Shown here: in pieces, positions 20,535-30,878 of the stretch
Layout of the letters: the number at the start of each line of letters is the position of its first letter
Numbering within the stretch: the stretch's first letter is position 1
Origin: a virus
Taxonomy: Duplodnaviria; Caudoviricetes
Direction: 5' to 3' (one strand)
Virus record (IMG/VR): IMGVR_UViG_3300004806_000026
Coordinates: 1-63,555 of that record
Length of the DNA stretch: 63,555 bases
Made by a program: the position numbers and the translations under genes
Notes under the pieces: model-generated
The model's database searches: none
The model's input: only the letters and a program-made list of their open reading frames with translations
What the model was told of the DNA's origin: nothing

Positions 20535-21802
20535 GCAGGTATATATTTTTCGGGTTGAATTTGTTTACCTTGTTTTGTATTCCCTGTTCGGGCTTTACGA
20601 ACTTTGTCCATCATACTGTAAAGATGCCTAGCACCAGCATCAGTAGACCCATTACCAAGATGAGACACAACATCAGCAGGAACAACAAACTCTCCATCAG
20701 CCAATCTTGCGGGTTGTTTATCGGCAATACTAGCGGGTATATGATCTGACATACCGTCGCCCGGGCCTTTAAGTAGTCGTCCACCATCTGAATAGCCCCC
20801 TAGATTATAAGTTCCATCAGTATGTCCACCACTTGATAAAGCCATAATTCCACCTTCAGCCGCCATGGTAGTAGGTAAACTAACTCCATATTGAGATGCC
20901 AAAGCAGCTAGTTGTGCGCCTGTACTATTATTAGAAGTATTTGGCGTGTAAATATTTAAACCGTTACCAGTAGATTCTCCCGCTGCAGTTATACCCGTTG
21001 AACCACCACTTGCCATATTTTGTTCTAACGCACCAGATAATGGCGTGTTGCTAGGTTGATATCCTGCCATTTGCATAGCAGAAGTAGGCATTTGAGTTGG
21101 TGTGTTATATCCGTTGTAATTGATTTGACTCATTGGATACTGCTGTCCAGGCATACCGCCAACTGCTAATGAAGTTATACCACCTTCTGCCATTGGACGG
21201 ACGGGCTGATATTGTGGAGATAAAGTCCTACCTAAACCCACCTGTTGCGCAGTTTGAGGTTGGTATGGGGACATAAAGTTAGCTTTAAATGCATTTGCTT
21301 TCATTAAAGCCGCCAAGCCAGCAATACCACCAACAGCAACTTTTTGTGCTGTGCTCATGCTGTTCCAGGTACTCATTAATTTACTGCCTATACCTGATAA
21401 TGGGTTTGCATCTGTACCAGCTTGACCAAGTTCCCCCGCTATAGTTCCAGCAGATATAGTAGAAGGAGGACCCATAAATTCAGAACCAGGCAGTCCAGCA
21501 GTGCTAGGGTTAAATTGACTTGCTTGGTTAGCAGCAGTAACTGCTTGTTCCGCCACTTTTGGCGCAATACCCTGCGGCGTTCCCGGCCCTTGCGGTATGT
21601 TAGATAAGTTTTGTGGTAAATTAGCAGACTCGGGAGACGCTAAATCCATAGGACTTACTCCGTAGCTAGATAGTGCTCCACCACCAATAGCATTTGCTCC
21701 GCCCATGCCGGCATCAGCGGCTAAGTCCATGCCACTAACAGCCCCTGCATCAGCGCCGGCTTCGCTTAATAAAGCTGCTTCTCCAATTCCACCATCTGCC
21801 AT
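20531..21802 (-). CDS. internal virion protein
   Basis: A/G-rich, repeated MAxGG motifs, C-terminal GPGDGMSDHIPA...LADGEFVVPADVV. Confidence 0.65.
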   Translation of the reverse strand: MADGGIGEAALLSEAGADAGAVSGMDLAADAGMGGANAIGGGALSSYGVSPMDLASPESANLPQNLSNIPQGPGTPQGIAPKVAEQAVTAANQASQFNPSTAGLPGSEFMGPPSTISAGTIAGELGQAGTDANPLSGIGSKLMSTWNSMSTAQKVAVGGIAGLAALMKANAFKANFMSPYQPQTAQQVGLGRTLSPQYQPVRPMAEGGITSLAVGGMPGQQYPMSQINYNGYNTPTQMPTSAMQMAGYQPSNTPLSGALEQNMASGGSTGITAAGESTGNGLNIYTPNTSNNSTGAQLAALASQYGVSLPTTMAAEGGIMALSSGGHTDGTYNLGGYSDGGRLLKGPGDGMSDHIPASIADKQPARLADGEFVVPADVVSHLGNGSTDAGARHLYSMMDKVRKARTGNTKQGKQIQPEKYIPA

Positions 21803-21811
21803 AATTTTCCC

Positions 21812-22150
21812 CTAAGATGTTCTTACTTTTAGCACATTACCTGCGCTTGTGTCTACATAAATATCACCCACTCTAAGCAGTCCAGCTGAATAATCAGCCT
21901 GTGTAGGTAAACTTAAAACTTGTCCAGTTCCACTTGTCCCGGGTTGACTGAAATTAACTGCTGAAATAACCTGAGATGTCGTTGTTGAATTAGGAGCCGT
22001 TACCCTTTGGGTTGACATTGCACTTGGGCCTGGATTGTCTAATTGAGCAAAGTACAAACGCAAAACGTTTGCAAACTTATTCATATAGTCCTGGTCATAC
22101 TCAACAGGAGCAATGGGTAAGTTAGGTGCTTTTGTAGTCCCAGTACTCAT
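21812..22150 (-). CDS. hypothetical structural protein
   Basis: ORF coupled to the upstream tail gene (ATGA overlap). Confidence 0.6.
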   Translation of the reverse strand: MSTGTTKAPNLPIAPVEYDQDYMNKFANVLRLYFAQLDNPGPSAMSTQRVTAPNSTTTSQVISAVNFSQPGTSGTGQVLSLPTQADYSAGLLRVGDIYVDTSAGNVLKVRTS

Positions 22151-24606
22151 CGTCTACCGTCCGGTCTAATGTCAATCCTAGGAACACCAAGCTGCCAAGA
22201 TGTTCCAATCGTATTGGACTCTATTCTAAAGCTCATCTGACGACCACGCAATCTGGTATAAACCTGACCTGTAAACTGCTGAATATCGTATTCGCTTTGT
22301 GCAGCATAATTATTAGCGCTTATTACTTGTGGGTTGTCCGCCACACCATATGCTGATCCTGAGTTTTGTCTAGGCTTGACCGTCATTGTAACCAATGGTT
22401 GGCTAATGTTAGATCCGTTGAAATTAACGTCAGGCAGTATTCTCCACACAAACCCAAAGTTATGCCCTTCACTAATTTCAAAGTCTGATGATTGCACAAA
22501 CGCATCAATAGGTAATGTTGCTGCAGTAGAGTTGTCGTCTGTTCCGTTTTCATGGTTTACAAGAACCCCATTGCCGCTAGTTGCAATAATTGGCGTGGAT
22601 GCAACAGTTTGATTAGGTGTAATTGTATAAGTGCCGATACCACCAGATCCGGTAATAATAGCTGTAATTGTAGTATTAGGAGCAATACCGGTTCCAGTAA
22701 TAGTTTGACCCACCGCCAAAGCACCAACAGTAGGGACCGCACTAACCGTTAATGTTGACCCAGAAATAGAACCTGTGCAGACACAATTGGTATAGTAACA
22801 AGCCGCAATAGGGTATTGGTTAATACCAGTTTGGAACCAAGCCGTGCGGCTCATCTGCCCTATGCTCCAAGTTCTTTCTAAGTAGTTATAGATGACATAA
22901 GAATCAACTATTGTGTTTGGATTAGTTGTTGTACCAGTTCCGTTTGGTCCGGTAATAGAACAATAGAACCACCATACTTCATTAAACTGCTCATTAGCTC
23001 CGGCAAAGATTTGGTAGTTTTGATATTGATTTATATTTTGGAACACATATTGACGCACTGAGCAAGGTAGTGTTTGCACCGTACCTGTATAAATATAAAA
23101 TTTATTTTCACCCATCCAATACGTTACGTTATTAACTGTCACCATGCAGTTAGGCGATACGGTAGAGATGTTATCCATCAATAACTGGAAGCCCCAAACA
23201 TAAGGAGCACCTACATACTGCATAGAGTAAAGCGCAGAATCAGTCCAGATTAATATCTCTTGACGGGTAGACCTTGCTCCAACAATGTAAGATCCATTGG
23301 TTAAGGTATAGTCACCAGACTGATTGGTAACGCTAGGAACCCACTGATAAGGGTTAGCCTGATCCGACCAACGCACACACATAGGATTAAAGTTTGACGC
23401 GCCGGTTAGCGGATAAGGTTGTGAGCCAAATGCAATAATAAATTGCTGTACGGCAGAAGTAATAACTTGAAATGTTGTTGTTGGAATAGCTGACCCGGTA
23501 AACCCAGCAGTATTAGCTAGATTAACCAAGGATTGCGCTCTAGTTCCTACGCCGTTTTGATCTTGCCAATAATAAATGCCCCCGCCTCTAGGAGCAATAA
23601 CCAAATCCTGACCAAAGTTATCATTTGACCAAAGCCTGAGCTGGGTTCCGGTTGTAACTGTTCCAGTATAAGCAGTGCTCCATCCGCGAGATCCTGACTG
23701 CACCAAAGCTAAAACGCTAATTCCACCACCAGAAGTTGTAGATGAAGCTAAAAGAATTGTCCCTGCATTACTATTGCTTGTGTTATTGCCAGGCGTTAGG
23801 ATTGTATAAGTGTTTGTGCCAGTGACTGTAATCGGAAACGTATCATTAAGCACAGAGGCTGGAATGTTCCCGACTGCTGTAGCGCCTGTAAAAGATACGA
23901 AATTACCTGTAGAAAGTCCATGCGCTGTCTGTGTTACCGTTATTGTTCCACTACCACTTGTGATAGCAAAAGGATTTGTTCCAAGAGTTACTGTTACCGG
24001 AGTAGCTACCCCACCGTAAGGACCGGTTCCATATCCGTTTCCAAATGTGTAAATATCTAAGCCTACCGGGTACTCATACTGAGCAGTAACCGTGCCACCC
24101 CCTGTTGCACCAGAAGAAGCATTAGATGCTGCTGTAATCTGATATTGCGTAGCAGAAATAACATTGGTGATCTTATATTCACCGTTTAAAGTCAAACCAC
24201 CTACCGCTGTTGCACCAGAAAAGATAACATAATCCCCAATATTGGGAGAGTAGTTTCCATCCGTTACCGTAACAACTGGGCTTGCATTTGTGGTTGTAAA
24301 TGGGTTAGTTAATGTATCTGTTTGATATATCGGAGTAATATCGTAATACGTACCACCCTGGTATATATAATACTTAAGTTGAGTGCCTAGACCAATAAAA
24401 ATATTACCGGATATATCTGCCCAAGTCCATAAAGACCGGGCATGACCTAAGAATTGATTTGGACTAACCTGCGTCCATCCACCTATCTTTTCTGGAAATC
24501 CTGAACGAAATCTTATGTTGTTACAGTCGTACCACCCGCCCGTGTTTGCATAATCAGTGCCTTCACGATTAATACCTGCGCGAAATTGTAGTTTCTGTAA
24601 AGGCAT
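22147..24606 (-). CDS. tail tubular/nozzle (head-stabilisation) protein
   Basis: 819 aa beta-rich; [21 protein letters not shown] motifs; two internal NPF..T.VT...G..V.F.GATAVG repeats. Confidence 0.7.
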   Translation of the reverse strand: MPLQKLQFRAGINREGTDYANTGGWYDCNNIRFRSGFPEKIGGWTQVSPNQFLGHARSLWTWADISGNIFIGLGTQLKYYIYQGGTYYDITPIYQTDTLTNPFTTTNASPVVTVTDGNYSPNIGDYVIFSGATAVGGLTLNGEYKITNVISATQYQITAASNASSGATGGGTVTAQYEYPVGLDIYTFGNGYGTGPYGGVATPVTVTLGTNPFAITSGSGTITVTQTAHGLSTGNFVSFTGATAVGNIPASVLNDTFPITVTGTNTYTILTPGNNTSNSNAGTILLASSTTSGGGISVLALVQSGSRGWSTAYTGTVTTGTQLRLWSNDNFGQDLVIAPRGGGIYYWQDQNGVGTRAQSLVNLANTAGFTGSAIPTTTFQVITSAVQQFIIAFGSQPYPLTGASNFNPMCVRWSDQANPYQWVPSVTNQSGDYTLTNGSYIVGARSTRQEILIWTDSALYSMQYVGAPYVWGFQLLMDNISTVSPNCMVTVNNVTYWMGENKFYIYTGTVQTLPCSVRQYVFQNINQYQNYQIFAGANEQFNEVWWFYCSITGPNGTGTTTNPNTIVDSYVIYNYLERTWSIGQMSRTAWFQTGINQYPIAACYYTNCVCTGSISGSTLTVSAVPTVGALAVGQTITGTGIAPNTTITAIITGSGGIGTYTITPNQTVASTPIIATSGNGVLVNHENGTDDNSTAATLPIDAFVQSSDFEISEGHNFGFVWRILPDVNFNGSNISQPLVTMTVKPRQNSGSAYGVADNPQVISANNYAAQSEYDIQQFTGQVYTRLRGRQMSFRIESNTIGTSWQLGVPRIDIRPDGRR

Positions 24607-24613
24607 AGGTTCC

Positions 24614-25219
24614 TCAAGCTAAAACAGACATGGCGTGTTCATACCGAGCCATACGATCTTCTAACCCAATTGTCCCACCATTTATGACTTTTGTCAGCCC
24701 TACAAAGTCATTATTATCTACATGGCGGTTAAGCTGATGTTTTTCCCAAAATATGGCTGCGGATAGGGCTGCTCCGTCCGGCGTAGCTACGACATCTGGA
24801 TTGCTCAGGAAATCAATCTGGGTAGCATCTGATAGCTCCTCATATCCTGCACGACCGGTAGTCTGTAACCATCCTCTGCCTCGGTAGTTCCATCCGTCCC
24901 CAGATTCCTCATCACCATTTTTCATACGATGAGCATAGGCGCGGTTAGCTATTTTCTCTGGGTTATGGGCGTATTCGGAGGCGTTTTCAGCGTTAAAGTG
25001 AGAGGGCCATGTCCTGCAAAGACTCTCAGCCTTGTAGTTTAGGTTTTCTTCCATGTACTTGAAGTTACCAGATTCATGTCCGCATTGGGCGATAAAAGCA
25101 GCTAACCTTGCTGGGGTGGATAAATCAGCCTTTTCAATAGCTACATTCATTGGCTCAATAAGAGCTTCTGCATGGATTAAATCTATTTTTGCTGCTTCAG
25201 CGAGTTGTTGGGCTTCCAT
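24614..25219 (-). CDS. glycoside hydrolase family 19 endolysin
   Basis: [31 protein letters not shown] signatures. Confidence 0.92.
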   Translation of the reverse strand: MEAQQLAEAAKIDLIHAEALIEPMNVAIEKADLSTPARLAAFIAQCGHESGNFKYMEENLNYKAESLCRTWPSHFNAENASEYAHNPEKIANRAYAHRMKNGDEESGDGWNYRGRGWLQTTGRAGYEELSDATQIDFLSNPDVVATPDGAALSAAIFWEKHQLNRHVDNNDFVGLTKVINGGTIGLEDRMARYEHAMSVLA

Positions 25220-25670
25220 TTATAAGTTCCTTTACTTGGTTGTAGGTTGCGATACAGGCGTTGAGCTTTCTGATGGCGAGGTCGCCATCGTCTGTGACGG
25301 CGACAAGAGATTTAGCAAACGTTGGGTCAAGTTGGGCGTTTGTGGAGTCAGATCCGCTGGGAGTGGTGGCATCTTTGGAGGGGCATACGGGGGACTTAGT
25401 TTTGACGTAGAGCTGCAACTTACCAGTAGCAATGTCAGCATCACGTTGAGCAATCTGTTTCTTAGCATCATTTTGCACCTTTGAGAGTTGGGTTGATAGG
25501 TCTGATATCTTTCCGTTGAGTTCTTGCTCCGTCATCCGAGCCGCCGCGTTTGCCTCATCTATTGCGCCTTGAACATTTTGCCGCTCTTCTTCATAACCAG
25601 CGTGATGGCCATAAGTATAAGATCCAACAATAATCCCAATAGCAGCCAAGACTGCGTATAAATACATCAT
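25197..25670 (-). CDS. i-spanin (Rz-like)
   Basis: N-terminal TM, coiled coil, C-terminal LNACIATY; contains an embedded lipoprotein gene. Confidence 0.85.
   Translation of the reverse strand: MMYLYAVLAAIGIIVGSYTYGHHAGYEEERQNVQGAIDEANAAARMTEQELNGKISDLSTQLSKVQNDAKKQIAQRDADIATGKLQLYVKTKSPVCPSKDATTPSGSDSTNAQLDPTFAKSLVAVTDDGDLAIRKLNACIATYNQVKELINGSPTTR
25232..25471 (-). CDS. o-spanin (Rz1-like lipoprotein), embedded in Rz
   Basis: Lipobox LVSC followed by a Pro-rich chain, alternative frame inside Rz. Confidence 0.8.
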   Translation of the reverse strand: MMLRNRLLNVMLTLLLVSCSSTSKLSPPYAPPKMPPLPADLTPQTPNLTQRLLNLLSPSQTMATSPSESSTPVSQPTTK

Positions 25671-25996
25671 AGTGGAGGCCTTTCGTTTGGGTTACCAAAA
25701 CTGGATTTTGGCGTAAAAGTCTGCACAGATCCTACAGAACTTTGTACGGGAGCCGGGGGCGCAGGTAATAATGTGGTTGATTTAGAAATATAGTTAGCCA
25801 AGATAGTTAATAACTGTCCGCCTATCAAAGTCAATACACCAAATATTTGCTTATCCGCCGGAGCTTCATTGAACAAAGGCTGCTCAGTAAATACTATGCT
25901 ATAGCCAAAAAGTACTACGATAAATACCAAAGCTATGCTGAACGACTTGATTACAAATCGTTTGGTGTCGGCATCTTTTTCTTCAGGGCTTTGCAT
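25667..25996 (-). CDS. putative holin (2 TM)
   Basis: Two hydrophobic segments in the lysis cassette; start at MQSPEEK preferred because 25983-26147 is occupied by another gene. Confidence 0.55.
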   Translation of the reverse strand: MQSPEEKDADTKRFVIKSFSIALVFIVVLFGYSIVFTEQPLFNEAPADKQIFGVLTLIGGQLLTILANYISKSTTLLPAPPAPVQSSVGSVQTFTPKSSFGNPNERPPL

Positions 25997-26147
25997 TGGG
26001 TCTAAAGTATTCGGGGCAAGTTTGCGTAGCCACGCAAAGAGGCGGTTTGCAATCATCATCACTCCAGTGTTTTGGGTTTTGGCAGTGATAGCGGTAGCGG
26101 TCTTCGCACCCTGCTAATAACATAATCAATAAAACGCATATTCTCAT
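25983..26147 (-). CDS. small Cys-rich lipoprotein (54 aa), absent from ORF track
   Basis: Translated by hand: MRICVLLIMLLAGCEDRYRYHCQNPKHWSDDDCKPPLCVATQTCPEYFRPNAKP; lipobox LAGC; ATGA overlap with upstream stop. Confidence 0.75.
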   Translation of the reverse strand: MRICVLLIMLLAGCEDRYRYHCQNPKHWSDDDCKPPLCVATQTCPEYFRPNAKP

Positions 26148-26335
26148 TTCTCTTTCTGAGCCTCAAGTTCTTTTTTAAGTTTCTCAATTCTCTTTAAATC
26201 GTGTGCAATCAATATCCGCTCTTGCTGAATATCCATGTACAAAAATCCCAAGACGGGAAGAATCAAAACAAATAACAACGCTAATATGATTATCGTTATT
26301 ACATACCCCCATGTGCCATCCGATTTATTGCCCAC
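26144..26335 (-). CDS. small membrane protein
   Basis: One TM followed by a coiled coil; start uncertain (GTG 26335 or 26398). Confidence 0.55.
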   Translation of the reverse strand: MGNKSDGTWGYVITIIILALLFVLILPVLGFLYMDIQQERILIAHDLKRIEKLKKELEAQKEK

Positions 26336-27003
26336 ATCAGTCCTGCCATATAAATTGCCACTATGATCACCGCCACTGTGCAAGCACTCATAAACCAAGC
26401 CCTGTCAGCCATCTCCCTAGCATCTGCTTCTTTCTGTCTTTTCTTTCTAAGCTCGGCTTGTCTAGCCATTTCTTGTTTTGTCTTTACAGTCCCGATCATC
26501 TCATTGACCCGGCTATATAAATTCTTTAACTCCGGCGGAACATGGTAAATCATATACTCCGTCAGGTTAACACGCATTTCTTCTAATTGAGTTTTAGCCA
26601 TTACCAATCGAATCGCTATCTCATACGTCTCACCGTCCGGGTCATAGATCTTCTCTATCCGCTCCTCCTCAGTTCTTATAGCATCTGCACAAGCTTTGTA
26701 ATTTCTAAAAAAAGCTACCAGCTTATCCCCAATCTCAGTGTAAATGGCTTGCTCATCAAACTTAACCTTCTCAGCCTTCTTCGGTCTTATGTCTTGCAGA
26801 GTTTTCTGTTCTTTCTTTGGCTCTGCAAATAAGGATGTGATCCATCCCCATAAACCCGTTACCTCTTTACCTATCTGCTTGACTTCACCAATTGTCTTTT
26901 GTACATCTTTTACAAGCGCCTTGCCTTCGTTGTACATACTGCACAACTCTTTGACCCCTGCAAAAGCAGCATTGGCAGCCTGGAAAAGAAGTAAGAATTC
27001 AAT
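26299..27003 (-). CDS. coiled-coil protein with C-terminal TM anchor
   Basis: ORF track 26299-26946; frame stays open to ATT at 27003, right after the upstream stop. Confidence 0.6.
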   Translation of the reverse strand: MEFLLLFQAANAAFAGVKELCSMYNEGKALVKDVQKTIGEVKQIGKEVTGLWGWITSLFAEPKKEQKTLQDIRPKKAEKVKFDEQAIYTEIGDKLVAFFRNYKACADAIRTEEERIEKIYDPDGETYEIAIRLVMAKTQLEEMRVNLTEYMIYHVPPELKNLYSRVNEMIGTVKTKQEMARQAELRKKRQKEADAREMADRAWFMSACTVAVIIVAIYMAGLMWAINRMAHGGM

Positions 27004-27004
27004 T

Positions 27005-27550
27005 TTATCTAAACCTCGGTCCTGATAACCACATAGTTGAAGAATACCTTACACCTTTTGTGACTGGCGTAACTCTGTGTTCTAGCACAGAAGGAAATGC
27101 AATAAGCGAACCTTTTTTAAGTTCTGGTGTAAATTCACCATAAAGACGAATTTGTAATTCGCCCCCTTCAAACTCGCTAGGGTCATTCATTAAACAAATA
27201 ACCGTAATTTTTCGATCTGTAGGCGCACCCGACAAAGGGAAATTATCAACGTGCCAATTGTATTTTTGATTGATACCGTACTCTGCAAATTGCACAGCTT
27301 CATGGTCATTAACTTCCCAACCCCAACTACAATCCACGTTTGCCAAAAGCGCATATTTATACATCATATGCCCAAACCAATTTTCTTTATCAGAAAATCT
27401 AATAGTTGTATTGCGTTGAGAGTGGTCTACGTTATCTGACTTGATACCCATAGTAGCGTTTCTTGTTGGTAAAAGCATGTACTCTGCAAATGCCTTATCG
27501 CAATCCTCAATAGATGCTTGACCTAAATACCAAATGGGTAAATGCGACAT
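27005..27550 (-). CDS. 2OG-Fe(II) oxygenase (prolyl-hydroxylase-like)
   Basis: YNWHVD (HxD), FEGGEL, HRVTPVTKGVRYS. Confidence 0.92.
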   Translation of the reverse strand: MSHLPIWYLGQASIEDCDKAFAEYMLLPTRNATMGIKSDNVDHSQRNTTIRFSDKENWFGHMMYKYALLANVDCSWGWEVNDHEAVQFAEYGINQKYNWHVDNFPLSGAPTDRKITVICLMNDPSEFEGGELQIRLYGEFTPELKKGSLIAFPSVLEHRVTPVTKGVRYSSTMWLSGPRFR

Positions 27551-27553
27551 AAT

Positions 27554-27772
27554 TTATTCTGGTAATTTAATGGCTTGTAAATCGCTAGTGCTTGTGGCAT
27601 TAGAAATAGCAGTTCGGTCAGAATTCAATTGCGCTAAAAAAGTTGCATCATCTGGGGTGTTAGTAATACCTACCAAAGTATTCGCAGCTCTTTCTTTGGC
27701 AACTGAAACTGCAGCGGCGTTATAACGTTCCAAATGAATAGCTTTGGCTTTATTTAAATTAACGGTGATCAT
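27554..27772 (-). CDS. small tail-fibre-associated protein
   Basis: ORF downstream of the fibre and its chaperone. Confidence 0.55.
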   Translation of the reverse strand: MITVNLNKAKAIHLERYNAAAVSVAKERAANTLVGITNTPDDATFLAQLNSDRTAISNATSTSDLQAIKLPE

Positions 27773-28080
27773 TGTATTTGCTCCTCTTTTCTAAGAATTG
27801 GCGTATTGTCAGAAGTCCAACCACTTATAGCGTAATATGAACCGTAGCCATAATTAGCACCTGCTCCGTGTGGTTGAGAAAAATCTGCCTCCCATGCCGC
27901 AAGATACATTGCATCTGCCCCCGTTGGTACATCTGCTTTATTCATAATAATATAAGGCACTGATGGCGGTACATCTTTTAAAGCAATTTGCTCTACGGTT
28001 AGTCCGCAATTCATATTTGGGTATATAACGACTATTTCACCTTCTAGCGTTTGATGTGGGTAAACAATTACTTGGTCCAT
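27769..28080 (-). CDS. putative tail fibre assembly protein
   Basis: VEQIALKDVP..PYII...VP...AAWEADF, directly after the fibre gene. Confidence 0.55.
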   Translation of the reverse strand: MDQVIVYPHQTLEGEIVVIYPNMNCGLTVEQIALKDVPPSVPYIIMNKADVPTGADAMYLAAWEADFSQPHGAGANYGYGSYYAISGWTSDNTPILRKEEQIQ

Positions 28081-28095
28081 TTTGTATCCTTTTAA

Positions 28096-29250
28096 TTAAG
28101 CAAATGCTGCCATACTATACGCTGCTGGAACTTGTACGTATGCTCCAGTAACTCCCGCATTTCCAACTTGTACAGAACTTGTACTTGGGTTTTGAAACAA
28201 ACCAATTGCAGGGGTATTATTAATACCATAACCTGATGCCACTACAGCAGGGGTACCAGATAAACTTGTTAAAAAAGTAACTGTATATGTAGCGCTAGAA
28301 ACTGAAACGCTAGCCACATTAAGTGTATTTATGATAGTCCCTGAAGAATCAAAGTATGCCCATGCTCTTAGCGTATTATTTCCAGAAGGTCCAGTTGGCC
28401 CAGTTGGTCCAGTCGGCCCGGTAGGACCTGTTCCACCAGGAGAACCTGTAGGTCCAGTAGGTCCAGGAGAACCTGTTGGTCCAGTAGGTCCAGTAGGTCC
28501 AGTAGGTCCAGTAGGTCCAGTAGGGCCTGATATACCCACAGACCAAGTTCCATCACCTCTTAAGAAATTTCCACTAGACGGCGTACCCGTTACAACTGGA
28601 ATAGCTGTTGAGCTGCTAACCAATGTTCCAGATATTGGTAATGTTACGTTTGTAGCCGCTGTTGCTGTTAATGTTGTGTTGTATGCACCAGAAGTGGTTA
28701 AGTTACCACCTAAAGTAATTGTTTTAGATCCATTGTTTACCCCTGTTCCGCCGTAAGTAGGGCCAATAATTCCAGCATTCCAAGTGCCTGTCGTGACCGT
28801 TCCAAGCGTTATGGTACCAGGTAAATAATTACTTAGAGTATAAAAACCTGCGCCATTTCCTGTAACGTTTGACGCGTCGCAAAAACATTGCGTTGTTGTA
28901 TTAGCAACTACGTTAAAAGATTGTGAACCACCCGTTGCGGACATGGTTACTGTTTGTCCAGTTAAATTAACAACCGTATAAAGCTTATTTACTAAAGGCG
29001 CAACGATTGTTACTGTAGAGCTAGGCGTACCTGTAAACACCAAAACAGCATTACGCTGATCGTCTAATGTGCCGTTAAAGTTAGTAAGTGTGTATGTGGT
29101 TAAACCAGTTAAACTAACCGCCCCCACGCCGGTAATAGCTTGCTCCAGTAAAGTACCTATGTTGGTATTTGTAGTTTGACCCCATGTACCGGACTGATCT
29201 CCCGTGCCCATTAAAGCTAGTTTTAGAGATGTTGAGTATGTAGTTGACAT
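28096..29250 (-). CDS. tail fibre protein with collagen-like Gly-Pro-Thr segment
   Basis: [13 protein letters not shown]-terminus, FLRGDGTW, about 16 G-X-Y triplets, C-terminal RAWAYFD head domain. Confidence 0.85.
   Translation of the reverse strand: MSTTYSTSLKLALMGTGDQSGTWGQTTNTNIGTLLEQAITGVGAVSLTGLTTYTLTNFNGTLDDQRNAVLVFTGTPSSTVTIVAPLVNKLYTVVNLTGQTVTMSATGGSQSFNVVANTTTQCFCDASNVTGNGAGFYTLSNYLPGTITLGTVTTGTWNAGIIGPTYGGTGVNNGSKTITLGGNLTTSGAYNTTLTATAATNVTLPISGTLVSSSTAIPVVTGTPSSGNFLRGDGTWSVGISGPTGPTGPTGPTGPTGPTGSPGPTGPTGSPGGTGPTGPTGPTGPTGPSGNNTLRAWAYFDSSGTIINTLNVASVSVSSATYTVTFLTSLSGTPAVVASGYGINNTPAIGLFQNPSTSSVQVGNAGVTGAYVQVPAAYSMAAFA
28478..28522. repeat. 9-bp tandem repeat (GGTCCAGTA x5) encoding collagen triplets
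   Basis: Five perfect copies read directly. Confidence 0.9.
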
Positions 29251-29259
29251 GATAAGTCC

Positions 29260-30261
29260 TTACTGGGTATTATTTATTAAAGTCCAAGGGGTTGTTTCAG
29301 AGTCGTTTATATTGTTCCAAATAACAATAGGCGTTAATCCAAGTGGCGTGTTTATGGTTGTTGTAATGCTGATTGACCCAGCAAATGGAGCCATACCAAA
29401 CATAAAGTCCCCAGGCATTGCGTAGCCTGTAACCGTAACAATTTTACCACCCCATATTGGGTCTTGTACATCTGAAATTGTTGACCATCCCCTGGTTTGG
29501 GTTGATTCCAGAATAGATAAAGCCTCAATAATGCTTGCCTGAAACGCAGAATTGACTGTATTGCTATCGGCTGAGCTTATAGATTCAGATACATTGAATG
29601 GGAATACAAACGGAGCGACATAAGAATCACCAGATGTAACCGCCTCTATTGTTGCAAAGAAATAAGCTGACCCAATTGTCTCTTGATCTGCACTTGTTAC
29701 CGCCTCTACGATACCGAAATAGAAAACATCCTGCTCTGAGTCTGTATTGTTAGCTGTTAGTGCTTCTGTGATCGCCTCTTTAAACTGGGCAGCAAATAAC
29801 TGTGTATCGGCGGGTGAGAGGTTTTCACTGATGGATTCTAAGAACGCACTGATCTGAGTGCTGGAGTCGGCGATTGTTGTGGCTTCGGTCCTAGTCAGGT
29901 TGAACTGGGCGGCTATAGACTCTGTCTCGGCACTTGTTAGGGCTTCGGTGAGCGATGTTAAGAACTGCGCTGTAATGGTCGGTGTGTCTGCAGAAGTCCA
30001 GGCTTCAGTGATTGAGTCTAGATATGCAGATGTTTGAGTGCTTGAGTCCGCCTGAGAGATACCCTCGACTATGCCCTCGTAGAAGACATCGACTTCGGAA
30101 TCGGTATTGTTAGACGTTAAAACCTCCGTGATGGAGGTCAGGAAAGCTGCAGTATCGACGTAGTTGTCGCCTAGTCCCGAGTCTTCAGTAATGGATAGGG
30201 GATAGTAATTCCCGCCAAGCGCAGCGAAGGGTGACTGAGCAAAAGCGGAAATTCCATACAT
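29260..30261 (-). CDS. acidic virion protein with 20-aa tandem repeats
   Basis: 11 repeats of consensus A-Q-F-x-x-S-I-T-E-A-L-T-S-A-D. Confidence 0.75.
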   Translation of the reverse strand: MYGISAFAQSPFAALGGNYYPLSITEDSGLGDNYVDTAAFLTSITEVLTSNNTDSEVDVFYEGIVEGISQADSSTQTSAYLDSITEAWTSADTPTITAQFLTSLTEALTSAETESIAAQFNLTRTEATTIADSSTQISAFLESISENLSPADTQLFAAQFKEAITEALTANNTDSEQDVFYFGIVEAVTSADQETIGSAYFFATIEAVTSGDSYVAPFVFPFNVSESISSADSNTVNSAFQASIIEALSILESTQTRGWSTISDVQDPIWGGKIVTVTGYAMPGDFMFGMAPFAGSISITTTINTPLGLTPIVIWNNINDSETTPWTLINNTQ

Positions 30262-30263
30262 GA

Positions 30264-30431
30264 TTAGCTTGCTGTGGTTTCAGCAGGTGGTGTGTTATTG
30301 GCGGCGGGCTGTTGTGCCTGCACTTCCTTATTGACCAACTCGACGATTTGGAATACCTCTTGGAACGGCTTTGTCCCAATGTAAGACATGATTGCGTTAA
30401 GGGTTTGTACGGATAGTTTTATTTCTTGCAT
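30264..30431 (-). CDS. small hypothetical protein
   Basis: MQEIKLSVQTLNAIMSYIGTKPFQEV; RBS-like AGGGA upstream. Confidence 0.6.
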   Translation of the reverse strand: MQEIKLSVQTLNAIMSYIGTKPFQEVFQIVELVNKEVQAQQPAANNTPPAETTAS

Positions 30432-30432
30432 A

Positions 30433-30627
30433 TTAATTCCCTGTAGGTTGGTTAAGTTCAATGTATCGCAGTAATACCACGACCACGGAAATTATAATGC
30501 CCACTAACATCTGGTGAACAGGAGTCAGCGGAAAGACAAATAAGAAACCCTGCATCACGGACAGCACCGCAATAAACAACGCCCAAAGAACGTGCTTGTC
30601 TTTTAATAGTGTGGTGAGTTGGTTCAT
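30433..30627 (-). CDS. small 2-TM membrane protein (holin-like)
   Basis: Two hydrophobic helices in 64 aa. Confidence 0.55.
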   Translation of the reverse strand: MNQLTTLLKDKHVLWALFIAVLSVMQGFLFVFPLTPVHQMLVGIIISVVVVLLRYIELNQPTGN

Positions 30628-30869
30628 GGTTTAGCTTGTTGAGCTTGGTAAGCTGATATTACTTCTTGTGTCCATACTGCCGCACTGATTGCGGGTACGG
30701 GTGCTGGATCTGTTGCCGCCGCAGTATCCCCTGGGTGTCTAACCCAACGGCTAAAGTTTCTTGCAATCTCAACACCGTCTTTGGTGATGATCTCTGCTTG
30801 ACGTACCTGGATAGATCCGTCTTCTAAAACTTCTGTTTTGTCGATTGTTGTGCGTGATGATAATGTCAT
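30624..30869 (-). CDS. fibre-cassette partner protein, copy 2
   Basis: Near-identical paralog of 31435-31695. Confidence 0.8.
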   Translation of the reverse strand: MTLSSRTTIDKTEVLEDGSIQVRQAEIITKDGVEIARNFSRWVRHPGDTAAATDPAPVPAISAAVWTQEVISAYQAQQAKP

Positions 30870-30878
30870 TTTGACTCC

